Assembly: GCA_003133025.1 (NCBI GenBank)
Contig: PKZK01000127.1
Coordinates: 1-16,087 of the forward strand
From: Vulcanimicrobiota bacterium
GTDB taxonomy: Bacteria > Vulcanimicrobiota > Vulcanimicrobiia > Vulcanimicrobiales > Vulcanimicrobiaceae
Length of the DNA: 16,087 nucleotides
Direction of reading: 5' to 3'
The notes beneath the pieces were generated by a model. The model was not told the DNA's origin and did not search any database. It was given only the letters and a program-made list of their open reading frames with translations. Made by a program: the position numbers and the translations under genes. Numbering within the stretch: position 1 is the stretch's first letter; each line of letters opens with the position of its first letter. Positions 1 to 8,388 of the stretch are shown here, in pieces.

Positions 1-671
1 CGCGGCGGAAAGATCCACTCTTTCTGCGCGATGTATTCCTTGAGGATGTCGGCTTGCAGCGTGCCGCCGAGCTTGGCCCGCCGCGTGCCCTTGCCCTCGG
101 CGGTGGCGATGTACCAGGCCAGCGCAATCGGCGCGGGTCCGTTGATCGTCATCGAGGTGGTGATGCCGCCGAGGTCGATGCCCTCGAAGAGCGTCTGCAT
201 GTCGCGCAGCGAGTCGATCGCCACGCCGCACTTGCCCACCTCGCCGCGCGATTGCGGCGCATCGGAGTCGTAGCCCATCAAGGTCGGCATGTCGAAGGCG
301 ACCGACAGACCCATCTGGCCTTGCGCCAGCAGAAAGTGATAGCGTTCGTTGGTCTGCTTGGCGTTGCCGAAGCCCGCGAATTGGCGCATCGTCCAGAGCC
401 GGTCGCGATAGCCGCCCGCGTGAATGCCGCGCGTGTACGGGTACTCGCCCGGATAGGCCAGGTCGTTGGCCAGATCGAGATGCTCGACGTCGGCCGGACC
501 GTAGATCGGCTTGAGGGGCAAGTCGGAGATCGTCCGGTCGGCCGCGCCCGAGCCCGGCTCGCTGCGCCGTTTGCCCGACGCATAGCGGCTTTCCCAGCGG
601 GCGCGCTGCTCTTCGAATTCCGGAGAGGGCTCGCCGCCGAGACCCGACGTGCGATCGATCATCTTGGCCAT
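1..671 (-). CDS. icmA: B12-dependent acyl-CoA mutase large (substrate-binding) subunit, isobutyryl-CoA mutase type; 5' part only, runs off the left edge
   Basis: Hand translation from ATG at 671 (GAAGAGGG just upstream): [10 protein letters not shown]...[30 protein letters not shown]...[17 protein letters not shown]...[16 protein letters not shown]...TTSMTING...[22 protein letters not shown]. These are hallmark methylmalonyl-CoA mutase family motifs. Phe98 and Gln216 occupy the MCM Tyr89/Arg207 positions. Not in the ORF track because the stop lies outside the window. Family is secure; the icmA symbol is inferred. Confidence 0.9.
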   Translation of the reverse strand, partial: MAKMIDRTSGLGGEPSPEFEEQRARWESRYASGKRRSEPGSGAADRTISDLPLKPIYGPADVEHLDLANDLAYPGEYPYTRGIHAGGYRDRLWTMRQFAGFGNAKQTNERYHFLLAQGQMGLSVAFDMPTLMGYDSDAPQSRGEVGKCGVAIDSLRDMQTLFEGIDLGGITTSMTINGPAPIALAWYIATAEGKGTRRAKLGGTLQADILKEYIAQKEWIFPP

Positions 672-722
672 GCGGCCCTCTTCGACGCCCGGGCCGGCCT
701 TCCCGACGGGCGCGCGGGCGGG

Positions 723-1197
723 TTAGGCCTCCGTGCCCGCCGCGCTTCCCGCGGTCGCCCGGTCGACGACGAGGATGGCCAGATAACTCGCCGCNNAGCA
801 GGGTGTAGGCGGCCAGTACGGCCTCGTATGCGACGAACGCACCGCAGAGCGCGAGCGGCCACGAGCGCACGCGCGACGCGAGTTGGTACGCGGCTAACGT
901 CGCGACGAGGAACACCGGCGCCCAGGCGACGCTCTCCACCGTTCGCGGAAAGCCGAGCACGAAGAAACCGACGAACTGATTGGCCGCGACGGCGCCGGCG
1001 AGCGTGAATGCCGCGGCGCGCGCGGACAGCGTGCGCGAGGCGAGCACCGCCATCGCCGGAAACGGCGTGACGCAGGCCAAAGTCAGCGCCATGATGCCGC
1101 CGGCGAGCGCCAACAGCGCTTGCCAAATGCGGCGCGCTTCGACGCTCTTCAGCGAGAGCGGCTCGAGACTCAAGGCGAGTAAGAAACGGGAAAACAT
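723..1197 (-). CDS. Uncharacterised integral membrane protein (~157 aa) under cobalamin riboswitch control; candidate cobamide/cobalt uptake protein; frame interrupted by NN gap at 795-796
   Basis: Hand translation from ATG 1197: MFSRFLLALSLEPLSLKSVEARRIWQALLALAGGIMALTLACVTPFPAMAVLASRTLSARAAAFTLAGAVAANQFVGFFVLGFPRTVESVAWAPVFLVATLAAYQLASRVRSWPLALCGAFVAYEAVLAAYTLL-[NN]-AASYLAILVVDRATAGSAAGTEA*, TAA at 723-725. Several hydrophobic segments; SD-like AAAGGGTAGG upstream. Confidence 0.8.
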
Positions 1198-1200
1198 CGA

Positions 1201-1372
1201 CGACCTACCCTTTCGCGAGGTGGTATGTCGCGTTTCGCCTCAGTATCCTGACTCACGGATCGTTGTCATTGCTCCAAACCTTCCCACCCGAAGGCAGTGG
1301 TTTCGAGCGACTCCCCGCTCACAGTGGCGCGACCGTCCCGGATTCCCACCGGGTTCCTGAAAATGGCGAACG
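1201..1372 (-). ncRNA. Cobalamin riboswitch (class I/AdoCbl-like, with peripheral extension) plus translational expression platform
   Basis: Minus strand reads TTCGCC-ATTTTC-AGGAACCCGGTGGGAATCCGGGACGGTCGCGCCACTGTGAGCGGGGAGTCGCTCGAAACCACTGCCTTCGGGTGGGAAGGTTTGGAGC...CCGTGAGTCAGGATACTG-AGGCGAA. Conserved elements: CCGGTG..AATCCGG, GCCACTGTGA, ACCACTG..GGGAAGG and the B12-box GAGTCAGGA. Closing helix TTCGCC/GGCGAA. Downstream hairpin 1201-1230 covers the RBS. Confidence 0.95.
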
Positions 1373-1423
1373 CGTCGTGCGCACTTCACGCTTCGCTCCA
1401 GCCGTCCTTCCGGCGTGCGCGCG

Positions 1424-3202
1424 CTATGCCGTCGCGAGCCAGGCGTCGACGCGCGCGCGCAGCACGTCGAGCGGGATCGAGCCCGCGCCGAGCACGACCG
1501 CGTGGAAGGCGCGCAGGTCGAACTTTGCCCCGAGCTCGGCTTTCGCGCGATCGCGCAATTCTATTATCTGGAGTTGACCCAATTTGTACGAGCACGCCTG
1601 GCCGGGATCGGTGATGTAGCGATCGATCTCGTTGGTCACGTCGAGTTCGGTCTTGGCCGCGTTATCCAGGAAGTACGCGATCGAACGCTCGCGCGACCAG
1701 CCGAAAGCGTGCATGCCCGTGTCGACCACCAGACGCACCGCGCGCCACATGTCGTAGGTCTGCGCGCCGAGCACCGTCTTGGGCGAGTCGTACACGCCGA
1801 TGCGGTCGCCGAGCGACTCGGCGTAGAGCGCCCAGCCTTCCGAATACCCCACGTAATACGCGATGCGCCGAAAGTTCGGTAGCGTGCCCAACTCGTTGCC
1901 CAGCGCGAACTGTACGTGATGGCCGGGCACGGCTTCGTGCAACGTTAGCACGGGCATCTCGTAGATCGGCCGCGTTTCGGGCTTGTACAGGTTGCAATGC
2001 ATGCCGCCCGCGCGCAAACCGTCGAGCGAGCCGGGTTGGTAGTAGGCCGTCGTGGTGTCGGGCGCGATCGAGTCGGGAATCGGAAAGACGCCGTACGGCT
2101 GGCGCGGCAGCGGGTCGAAGAGTTTCACCAACTCGGGATCGATCCGTTTGGCCAGCGCGCGATAGGCCTCGAGCAATTCGGGACCGGACGGGTGATAATT
2201 CGCCGGATCGGCGCGCATCGCCGTGAAGACGTCGTGCAGCGTGCCGGGATAGCCCGTCGCGGGCGCCGTTTTCTCCATGGCCGCGCGGATGCGCGCGACC
2301 TCTTGCACGCCCAGGGCGTGGATGCGTTCGGCGCTGTAATCGGTCGTCGTGTTGGTGCGCAGGAAATAGGCGTAGAGCGCCTCACCGTTGGGCACGCGGC
2401 TCAGGCCGACTTCGACCGGCGCGGCGGGCAAGTACGTGGCGGTCATGAACGCGGCGAGCTTCGCTTGCGCCGGCAGCACCGCGCGTGCGATCCCGGTACG
2501 CGCCGACTCGCGTAATCGCGCGGCATCCGCGGGCGCGACCGACGTGGGCATGGCTTTGAACGGCGCAAAGAACGGATGCGCCTCCGGCGCCACGTTCAGG
2601 CGTTCGATCTGCGCGACGACGCGCGTCATCACCACCCGCGGCCAGAGATACTTACGCCGGACGGCCTCGCCCAACACCTCGAGCGTTTGGTCCACCTTGC
2701 GCGGCCAGCGCTCGATGCGTGAGATCAACGCCTGGTAGTCGCGGGCCGAATCGAACGGCAGCAGATCGACGATCGTGGAGTCGGTCTGCACGCCGCCGCG
2801 CTGGTTCAATGCGAAGAGATACGTCTCGAGTTCGTCGCCGCGGATCTGGTCGCGCAACTGCTGCGCGTAGAGGTCGTAATTGAGCCGGCCGCCATCGCTC
2901 AGTGCGCCGCGGTCGATGCGCTGCAAGCGCGCGAGCGCGTCGCGACCGTGCGCGAGATCGGCGGCCTGAGCGGAGAGCGAAACGTCCTGCCACTGGTCGT
3001 CGCCCGAACGGTCGCCTTGCGACGACGCGAACTCGGGATTGGTGCGTAGCGCATAGGCCCATTCGCCGTCGAGATACGCCCCGAGTTGCACGTCGGCCGG
3101 ATTCCCCGGCGCGGGCGCCGAGTCGGCGGGTTGCGACCCGGCGGCAACCGCCGCAACGGTGGCCGACATCGCGCTCGCCCTGAGCATGTCGCTTCGCTTC
3201 AT
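1424..3202 (-). CDS. DUF885 family protein (putative exported zinc metallopeptidase)
   Basis: 592 aa with motifs TTAYYQPGSLDG, TLHEAVPGHH, GYSEGWALYAE, WRAVRLVVDTGMH, EIDRYITDPGQACSYKLG and FDLRAFHAVVL, typical of DUF885. Ala-rich signal-like N-terminus. Confidence 0.9.
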   Translation of the reverse strand: MKRSDMLRASAMSATVAAVAAGSQPADSAPAPGNPADVQLGAYLDGEWAYALRTNPEFASSQGDRSGDDQWQDVSLSAQAADLAHGRDALARLQRIDRGALSDGGRLNYDLYAQQLRDQIRGDELETYLFALNQRGGVQTDSTIVDLLPFDSARDYQALISRIERWPRKVDQTLEVLGEAVRRKYLWPRVVMTRVVAQIERLNVAPEAHPFFAPFKAMPTSVAPADAARLRESARTGIARAVLPAQAKLAAFMTATYLPAAPVEVGLSRVPNGEALYAYFLRTNTTTDYSAERIHALGVQEVARIRAAMEKTAPATGYPGTLHDVFTAMRADPANYHPSGPELLEAYRALAKRIDPELVKLFDPLPRQPYGVFPIPDSIAPDTTTAYYQPGSLDGLRAGGMHCNLYKPETRPIYEMPVLTLHEAVPGHHVQFALGNELGTLPNFRRIAYYVGYSEGWALYAESLGDRIGVYDSPKTVLGAQTYDMWRAVRLVVDTGMHAFGWSRERSIAYFLDNAAKTELDVTNEIDRYITDPGQACSYKLGQLQIIELRDRAKAELGAKFDLRAFHAVVLGAGSIPLDVLRARVDAWLATA

Positions 3203-3344
3203 GACGCTGCGTCACGCGCGCAAAACGCTAACTCCTGCACGCCCGCGCGGCGGGCGCTACGCCCACGCGGCGAACCGGGCCGAATTTGGTTCGCGTCGAA
3301 CGGAGTTCGTCCGTCGCGCTCTCAGCACCACAGGAGAAGAAACA

Positions 3345-3998
3345 GTGACCTCACGACGCACCTTCATCGCCGCGGGCGCCGCGCTTGCCGCAACCGCCGA
3401 TGCCGTGGCCGCCGCCGACGCGCAGGTCGATCCCGAGCGCACGACGGCGCAGTTCGATCTCGGCGCGCTGATGGCGCGGCTCAACGAACCGGCCAGACAC
3501 AAGCAGGTCTTCGCGGTCGCCCGCGTGGCCGACGGCACGGTGATTCATTACATGCGCAACTCGCTCGACGGCTACGAACGCGGCTTCGGCGAGCCGCCCG
3601 GCTCGTTGCGCGTGGCCGCGGTCTTCTACGGACGCGGCGTGGCGCTGACCCTCGACGACGTGGCTTGGCGCACGTATCGACTCGCCGACGCCTTGAAGAA
3701 AGACGGCGAGGTCATCACCTCACCGCAGCGCGATGCAAACCCCTACTGGCACTCGCTGGGCAACGACAATTCGCTCGAAGCGCTGGCCAAACGCGGCGCG
3801 CTGTACATGGCTTGCAATAACGCGTTGCACGGTCTCGCCGCGCTCATCGCCTCGAACGAGCCCGGCGCGCAAGCCTCCGACATCTACGCCGACGTACGCA
3901 AACGCCTCGTGCCCGGAACGATCCTCGTGCCGGCCGGCGTGGCCGCGCTCAACGCCGCGCAGGAGGCGCGTTACACCTTCGCTCAAGCCTCGATTTGA
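3345..3998 (+). CDS. Tat-exported DsrE/DsrF-like protein of unknown function
   Basis: GTG 3345 after SD CAGGAGA (3331-3337). N-terminus MTSRRTFIAAGAALAATADAVAAA is a twin-arginine signal. The C-terminal half SLEALAKRGALYMACNNAL...LVPGTILVPAGVAALNAAQEARYTF resembles DsrE-fold proteins with a single Cys. The ORF-track start at 3159 overlaps the DUF885 gene and is rejected. Confidence 0.75.
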   Translation: MTSRRTFIAAGAALAATADAVAAADAQVDPERTTAQFDLGALMARLNEPARHKQVFAVARVADGTVIHYMRNSLDGYERGFGEPPGSLRVAAVFYGRGVALTLDDVAWRTYRLADALKKDGEVITSPQRDANPYWHSLGNDNSLEALAKRGALYMACNNALHGLAALIASNEPGAQASDIYADVRKRLVPGTILVPAGVAALNAAQEARYTFAQASI

Positions 3999-4891
3999 GG
4001 CCCGCGCCCGCGGAACGTCAACTCCGCGATGCCGGACTTGTCCAACTCGCCGAGACCGGCCGCGACCATGCGGTCGTACTGCGCGGCGGTGGCCTGGGCT
4101 AAGGGCAACGTGAGCCCGGCGCCGGCGGCCAGCGCCGTGGCGATGTGCGAATCCTTAGCGGCGTGCGCCGCGGAGAAGTACACGTCGTGCTCGCGGTTCT
4201 GCATGTCTTCGCCGTCGGTTTCGAGCACGCGCGAGTTCGCGCCGGTCTGCGCGAAGACTTCGCGTAACGTGGTGAGGTCGAGACCGAGGGCGTCGCCCAA
4301 ACCGAGTCCTTCGGCTAGGCCCGCGGTGTTGATGTTCATCACCATGTTGACCAGCGCTTTGACCTGCGCAGCCGAACCGGCCGGCCCGATGTAGCGCAGC
4401 GAAGAGCCGAGTTTTTCGAGCAGCGGTTTGGCGCGCTCGAACGCTTCGGGCGCACCCGCGACCATCAAGTAGAGCGTGCCTTGGCGCGCCTGCGTGATCG
4501 AGGAGGCCATGCAGGCCTCCAAGCTCGCGCCGCCCTGCGCGGCGAGCCTGCGCTCCGTCTCGACGTGCACGGCCGGCGTCACGGTCGCGCAGTTGATGAA
4601 GAGCTTGCCCCGCGCGCCCACGAGCAGCGAGTCGCCCGTCTCGGCGTAGATCGCGTCCATCGCGGCATCGTCGCTGACGACGGTGATCACCGCGTCCGAC
4701 GCCGCCGTGACCGCGGCGAGCGTCTGGGCCCTCGCAGCGCCGCTCGCAATGGCGGCCGCATCGGCCGTTTCGGGGCGCGCGTCGTACACCGCGCCCAACC
4801 TGTAGCCGGAATCGCGCAAGCGCAGCGCCATATTCGCGCCCATGCGACCGACGCCCACGATACCGATGACGGGAAGGCTATCTTCCGGCAC
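3983..4891 (-). CDS. NAD(P)-dependent beta-hydroxyacid dehydrogenase family protein (3-hydroxyisobutyrate/6-phosphogluconate dehydrogenase superfamily)
   Basis: Rossmann motif IGIVGVGRMGANMA, FINCATVTP, GTLYLMVAG, catalytic-Lys motif GSAAQVKALVN, C-terminal HAAKDS. GTG start with SD GAGGGAG; 12 nt downstream of the nadC stop. Confidence 0.88.
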   Translation of the reverse strand: MPEDSLPVIGIVGVGRMGANMALRLRDSGYRLGAVYDARPETADAAAIASGAARAQTLAAVTAASDAVITVVSDDAAMDAIYAETGDSLLVGARGKLFINCATVTPAVHVETERRLAAQGGASLEACMASSITQARQGTLYLMVAGAPEAFERAKPLLEKLGSSLRYIGPAGSAAQVKALVNMVMNINTAGLAEGLGLGDALGLDLTTLREVFAQTGANSRVLETDGEDMQNREHDVYFSAAHAAKDSHIATALAAGAGLTLPLAQATAAQYDRMVAAGLGELDKSGIAELTFRGRGPQIEA

Positions 4892-4903
4892 GAAACTCCC
4901 TCG

Positions 4904-5776
4904 TTAGCGAATGCTGATGTCGAGCCCGATGTCGAGCGCGCGAACGCTGTGCGTCAGTGCGCCCAAGGAGATGACGTCGACGCCGGTGGCCGCGATGGCC
5001 GCAACCGTGTCGAGCGTGACGCCGCCCGACGCCTCGACCACGAGCCGGCCCGCAACGCGACGCACCCCTTCCGCGAGGTCCGCGAGCGCGAAGTTATCCA
5101 ACAAGACGGCGTCGGGCCGATCCGGGAACGCCAGCACCTCGTCGAGTTGCGCGAGGGTGTCGACCTCGATTTCCACCTTCACCAAATGACCGATGCGCGC
5201 ACGCACGGCGGCGAGCGCCTGGGCCACGCCGCCGGCCACGGCGATGTGGTTGTCCTTGATCAGGACCGCGTCGTCGAGCCGGAAGCGATGATTGCGTCCG
5301 CCGCCCGCGCGCACCGCGTACTTCTCGAGCGCGCGCAAGCCCGGCGTGGTCTTACGCGTCTCACAAATTATTGCGCCCGTTCCCGCAACGGCGGCGACGT
5401 AGGCGGCGGTCGCCGACGCGATGCCGCTCAGATGCGTAAGCAGGTTGAGCGCGGTACGTTCGGCGCCGAGGATCGCTCGAGCGTCGCCTGCGAAGGCCGC
5501 GATGTGCGAACCGGGTTCCAGCCGCGCACCGTCGCGGAGGCCCACGTCGATCTCGACGTGCGGATCGAGGAGACGAAACGCGGTGAGCGCGCAATCGAGC
5601 CCGGCGAGCACGCCGTCGCGTCGGGCGACGAGGGTGGCCAAGGTGCGCGTGCCCGCGGGGATCGTCGCTTCGCTCGTGATGTCGCCGCCGAGACCGAGAT
5701 CTTCGATCAAGGCCGCCCGCACCAGCGGCTCGATCAGCAGCGGCGACGGCGGCGCGATGCCTGCCGTCTTCGTCAT
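4904..5776 (-). CDS. nadC: Nicotinate-nucleotide pyrophosphorylase (carboxylating), quinolinate phosphoribosyltransferase
   Basis: ATG 5776 overlaps the nadB stop (ATGA). Motifs [88 protein letters not shown]. Confidence 0.96.
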   Translation of the reverse strand: MTKTAGIAPPSPLLIEPLVRAALIEDLGLGGDITSEATIPAGTRTLATLVARRDGVLAGLDCALTAFRLLDPHVEIDVGLRDGARLEPGSHIAAFAGDARAILGAERTALNLLTHLSGIASATAAYVAAVAGTGAIICETRKTTPGLRALEKYAVRAGGGRNHRFRLDDAVLIKDNHIAVAGGVAQALAAVRARIGHLVKVEIEVDTLAQLDEVLAFPDRPDAVLLDNFALADLAEGVRRVAGRLVVEASGGVTLDTVAAIAATGVDVISLGALTHSVRALDIGLDISIR

Positions 5777-7302
5777 GCGGGCAGGTCGACGAGGTCGTCC
5801 AGCGTCGAGAACGAGTGTCCCGGCGTTCCGGCGGTCTCGGGAAAATCGACGCGCAGATGGCTGCCGCGCGTCTCGCGCCGGCGCAGCGCGGCGTTGGCAA
5901 CCAGCGCCGCAGTGGTGGCCGCGTCGCGCAGTTCTTCGCTCGGATTGGTTTCGGCGATCGCGCGAAACGTGTCGAGCGCGTGCGTCAGGCGCGCCTCGTC
6001 GCGCTCGACGCCGACGCCCGCGTACATCTCGCGGCGCAAGGCCTTCCACTCGGCGGGATAGGCGGGCGCGTACGGACGCGCAGCCGCCGGCTCGGCGCCG
6101 AGATCGACGGGCGGCGGCACGCCGGGGAGATAGGCCCGCACGTCGCTCGCGATGCGTTCGGGATACACGACCGATTCGAGCAACGAATTGCTGGCCAAGC
6201 GATTCGCGCCGTGCACGCCGGTCGCCGCGACCTCGCCGCAGGCGTACAAGCCCGGCACGGTCGTCTTGCCGTCGAGATCGATGGCGATGCCGCCCATGTG
6301 GTAATGGGCCGCGGCGACGACCGGAATGAGATCGACGCGCGGGTCGAGCCCGTGCAACGCGCAGGCCGCGAAAACCGTCGGGAAGTGTTCGGGCAGTTCG
6401 TCACGGAGCGCACGCGCGTCGAGGAAGACGCGGCCGCCGGCGGCGCGCACGGCGAAGACCCGACGGGCGACGACGTCGCGCGGGGCGAGTTCGAGCGCGG
6501 GATGCACGCCCTCCATGATCCGCGCGCCGCGCTCGTCGACCAGCCGAGCACCCTCGCCGCGCAGCGCTTCGGTCAACAGCGGCAACGGATCGATGGGCAC
6601 GTCGAGCGCCGTCGGATGGAATTGCACGAACTCGAGATCCTCGAGCTTCGCGCCCGCGCGCGCGGCGATCGCGATACCCGCGCCCACCGAAGCGCGCGGG
6701 TTGGTGGTGAACTCGTAGAGGCCGCCGATGCCGCCCGTGGCGAGTACCAGCGCGCGTGTAGCGAGGCGTTCGAGGCTACCGTCGGCGCGGCGTACGAGCA
6801 CGCCGGCAATGCGGCCTTCGGCGTCGAGGAGCGCATCGAGCGCGCGCGCGCCTTCGAGCGGTTCGATCCACGCCGCTCCGTGCACCGCTTCGACGAGCGC
6901 GCGCACGAGTTCGGCGCCGGTCGCGTCGCCGCCGGCGCGCAAGATGCGGCGGCGCGAGTGCGCGGCCTCGCGGCCCAACGCGTAATGGCTATCTTCGCCT
7001 TCACGATCGAAACGGACGCCGAGCGAGGCTATGCGCTCGATCGCGTTGGGCGCGTCGGCGGTGAGCCGGGCGGCGACGCGCCGTTCGACCAAACCCGCGC
7101 CGGCCTCGACCGTATCGGCGGTATGCAGCGAAGGCGAATCGTCGTCGCCCACCGCCGCGGCGATGCCGCCTTGCGCCCAAGCCGACGACGTCAACTCGCC
7201 GAGCGAGCGATACGAGACGAGTGCGACCTTCAGCGGGCGCAATTCGAAGGCGGTCAGCATGCCGGCCAGGCCGCCGCCGACGACGACCGCGTCGTAGGTC
7301 AC
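5773..7302 (-). CDS. nadB: L-aspartate oxidase
   Basis: GTG 7302 overlaps the nadA stop (GTGA). FAD motif [99 protein letters not shown]. Confidence 0.96.
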   Translation of the reverse strand: MTYDAVVVGGGLAGMLTAFELRPLKVALVSYRSLGELTSSAWAQGGIAAAVGDDDSPSLHTADTVEAGAGLVERRVAARLTADAPNAIERIASLGVRFDREGEDSHYALGREAAHSRRRILRAGGDATGAELVRALVEAVHGAAWIEPLEGARALDALLDAEGRIAGVLVRRADGSLERLATRALVLATGGIGGLYEFTTNPRASVGAGIAIAARAGAKLEDLEFVQFHPTALDVPIDPLPLLTEALRGEGARLVDERGARIMEGVHPALELAPRDVVARRVFAVRAAGGRVFLDARALRDELPEHFPTVFAACALHGLDPRVDLIPVVAAAHYHMGGIAIDLDGKTTVPGLYACGEVAATGVHGANRLASNSLLESVVYPERIASDVRAYLPGVPPPVDLGAEPAAARPYAPAYPAEWKALRREMYAGVGVERDEARLTHALDTFRAIAETNPSEELRDAATTAALVANAALRRRETRGSHLRVDFPETAGTPGHSFSTLDDLVDLPA

Positions 7303-8324
7303 GCGCGGTCCCGGCCGACGGCGGTCATGCGTTCGACCGCGAGCCGCGCGCGCCCGGCGATCTCGGGCGCGATCTCGATCTGCGGTTGCAGCGTCTCGAG
7401 CGCGCGCAGAATCTTGGGCAACGTAATGCGCTTCATGTGCGGGCACATGTTACACGGCTGAACGAATTCGATCTCGGGCATCGCGTCGACGAGGTTGCTC
7501 GCCATCGAACATTCGGTGATCATCGCGACGCGCGCGGGTTTCCGTTCGCGCACCCAGCCCAGCATCGCGGTGGTCGAGCCGATGAAGTCGGCTTCGGCCA
7601 GCACGTCGGGCGGGCACTCGGGATGGGCCAAGACGACGATGCCCGGCGTCGACGTCTTCAATTCGCGCACGTCCTCGCCGCGGAAGCGTTCGTGCACTTC
7701 GCAGTGGCCTTTCCAACTGACGATCTCGACCTTCGTCTGCGAGGCGACCCAGGCCGCGAGGTACTCGTCGGGCAGAAAGATCACTTTGGGCGCACCGAGC
7801 GACTCGACCACGCGCACCGCGTTGGCCGAGGTGCAGCACACGTCGGACTCCGCCTTGACCGCCGCCGAGGTGTTGACGTAGGTGACGACCGGCGCGCCGG
7901 GATGCGCCGCGCGGAGCGCGCGCACGTCTTCCGCGGTGATCGATTCGGCGAGGGAGCATCCCGCTTGCAGATCGGGCAGCAACACGACCTTGCCGGGATT
8001 GAGCAGCTTTGCCGTTTCGGCCATGAAGTGCACGCCGCACATGACGATCGCGTCGGCGTCGGTGCTCGCGGCCGCTTGCGCGAGCGCAAGCGAATCGCCG
8101 ACGACGTCGGCGACGCAGCGGTAGATCTCGGCCGTCTGATAATGATGCGCGAGCACCACCGCGTTACGCTCGCGCTTCAGTTGCTCGATGCGCGCCACGT
8201 ACGGGGCGAAGAGTTCCCACTCCGCACGCGTGACGGAGTGCGCGACGCGCGCATAGAGCGGCTCGACGGCGGCGGCCGTTTCGGCGGTGTAGGGCAGGCT
8301 CAGGCGTTCCGAGGGGGCGATCAT
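7299..8324 (-). CDS. nadA: Quinolinate synthase [4Fe-4S]
   Basis: Likely start ATG 8324 (MIAPSERL). Motifs LAHHYQ, GDSLALA, CGVHFMAETAKLLNP, AGCSLA, YVNTSAAVKA, CTSANA, GHCEVHE, AHPEC, PCNMCPHM, providing three cluster Cys ligands. Confidence 0.96.
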   Translation of the reverse strand: MIAPSERLSLPYTAETAAAVEPLYARVAHSVTRAEWELFAPYVARIEQLKRERNAVVLAHHYQTAEIYRCVADVVGDSLALAQAAASTDADAIVMCGVHFMAETAKLLNPGKVVLLPDLQAGCSLAESITAEDVRALRAAHPGAPVVTYVNTSAAVKAESDVCCTSANAVRVVESLGAPKVIFLPDEYLAAWVASQTKVEIVSWKGHCEVHERFRGEDVRELKTSTPGIVVLAHPECPPDVLAEADFIGSTTAMLGWVRERKPARVAMITECSMASNLVDAMPEIEFVQPCNMCPHMKRITLPKILRALETLQPQIEIAPEIAGRARLAVERMTAVGRDRA

Positions 8325-8388
8325 TCCATCCAGCTTGACGGGCGGGCGAAGCCGCGGGTTTCGCCGCGGAGGGCCGGCAGTCGTTTCA

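Noticed and set aside
795..796. Apparent frameshift/pseudogene in the riboswitch-controlled membrane gene
   Set aside because: The frame change falls exactly at an NN assembly gap, and sensible hydrophobic sequence continues on both sides.
3140..3202. Tat signal on the DUF885 protein (MKRSDML)
   Set aside because: KR rather than RR and no consensus Phe; export is plausible but the pathway cannot be assigned from sequence.
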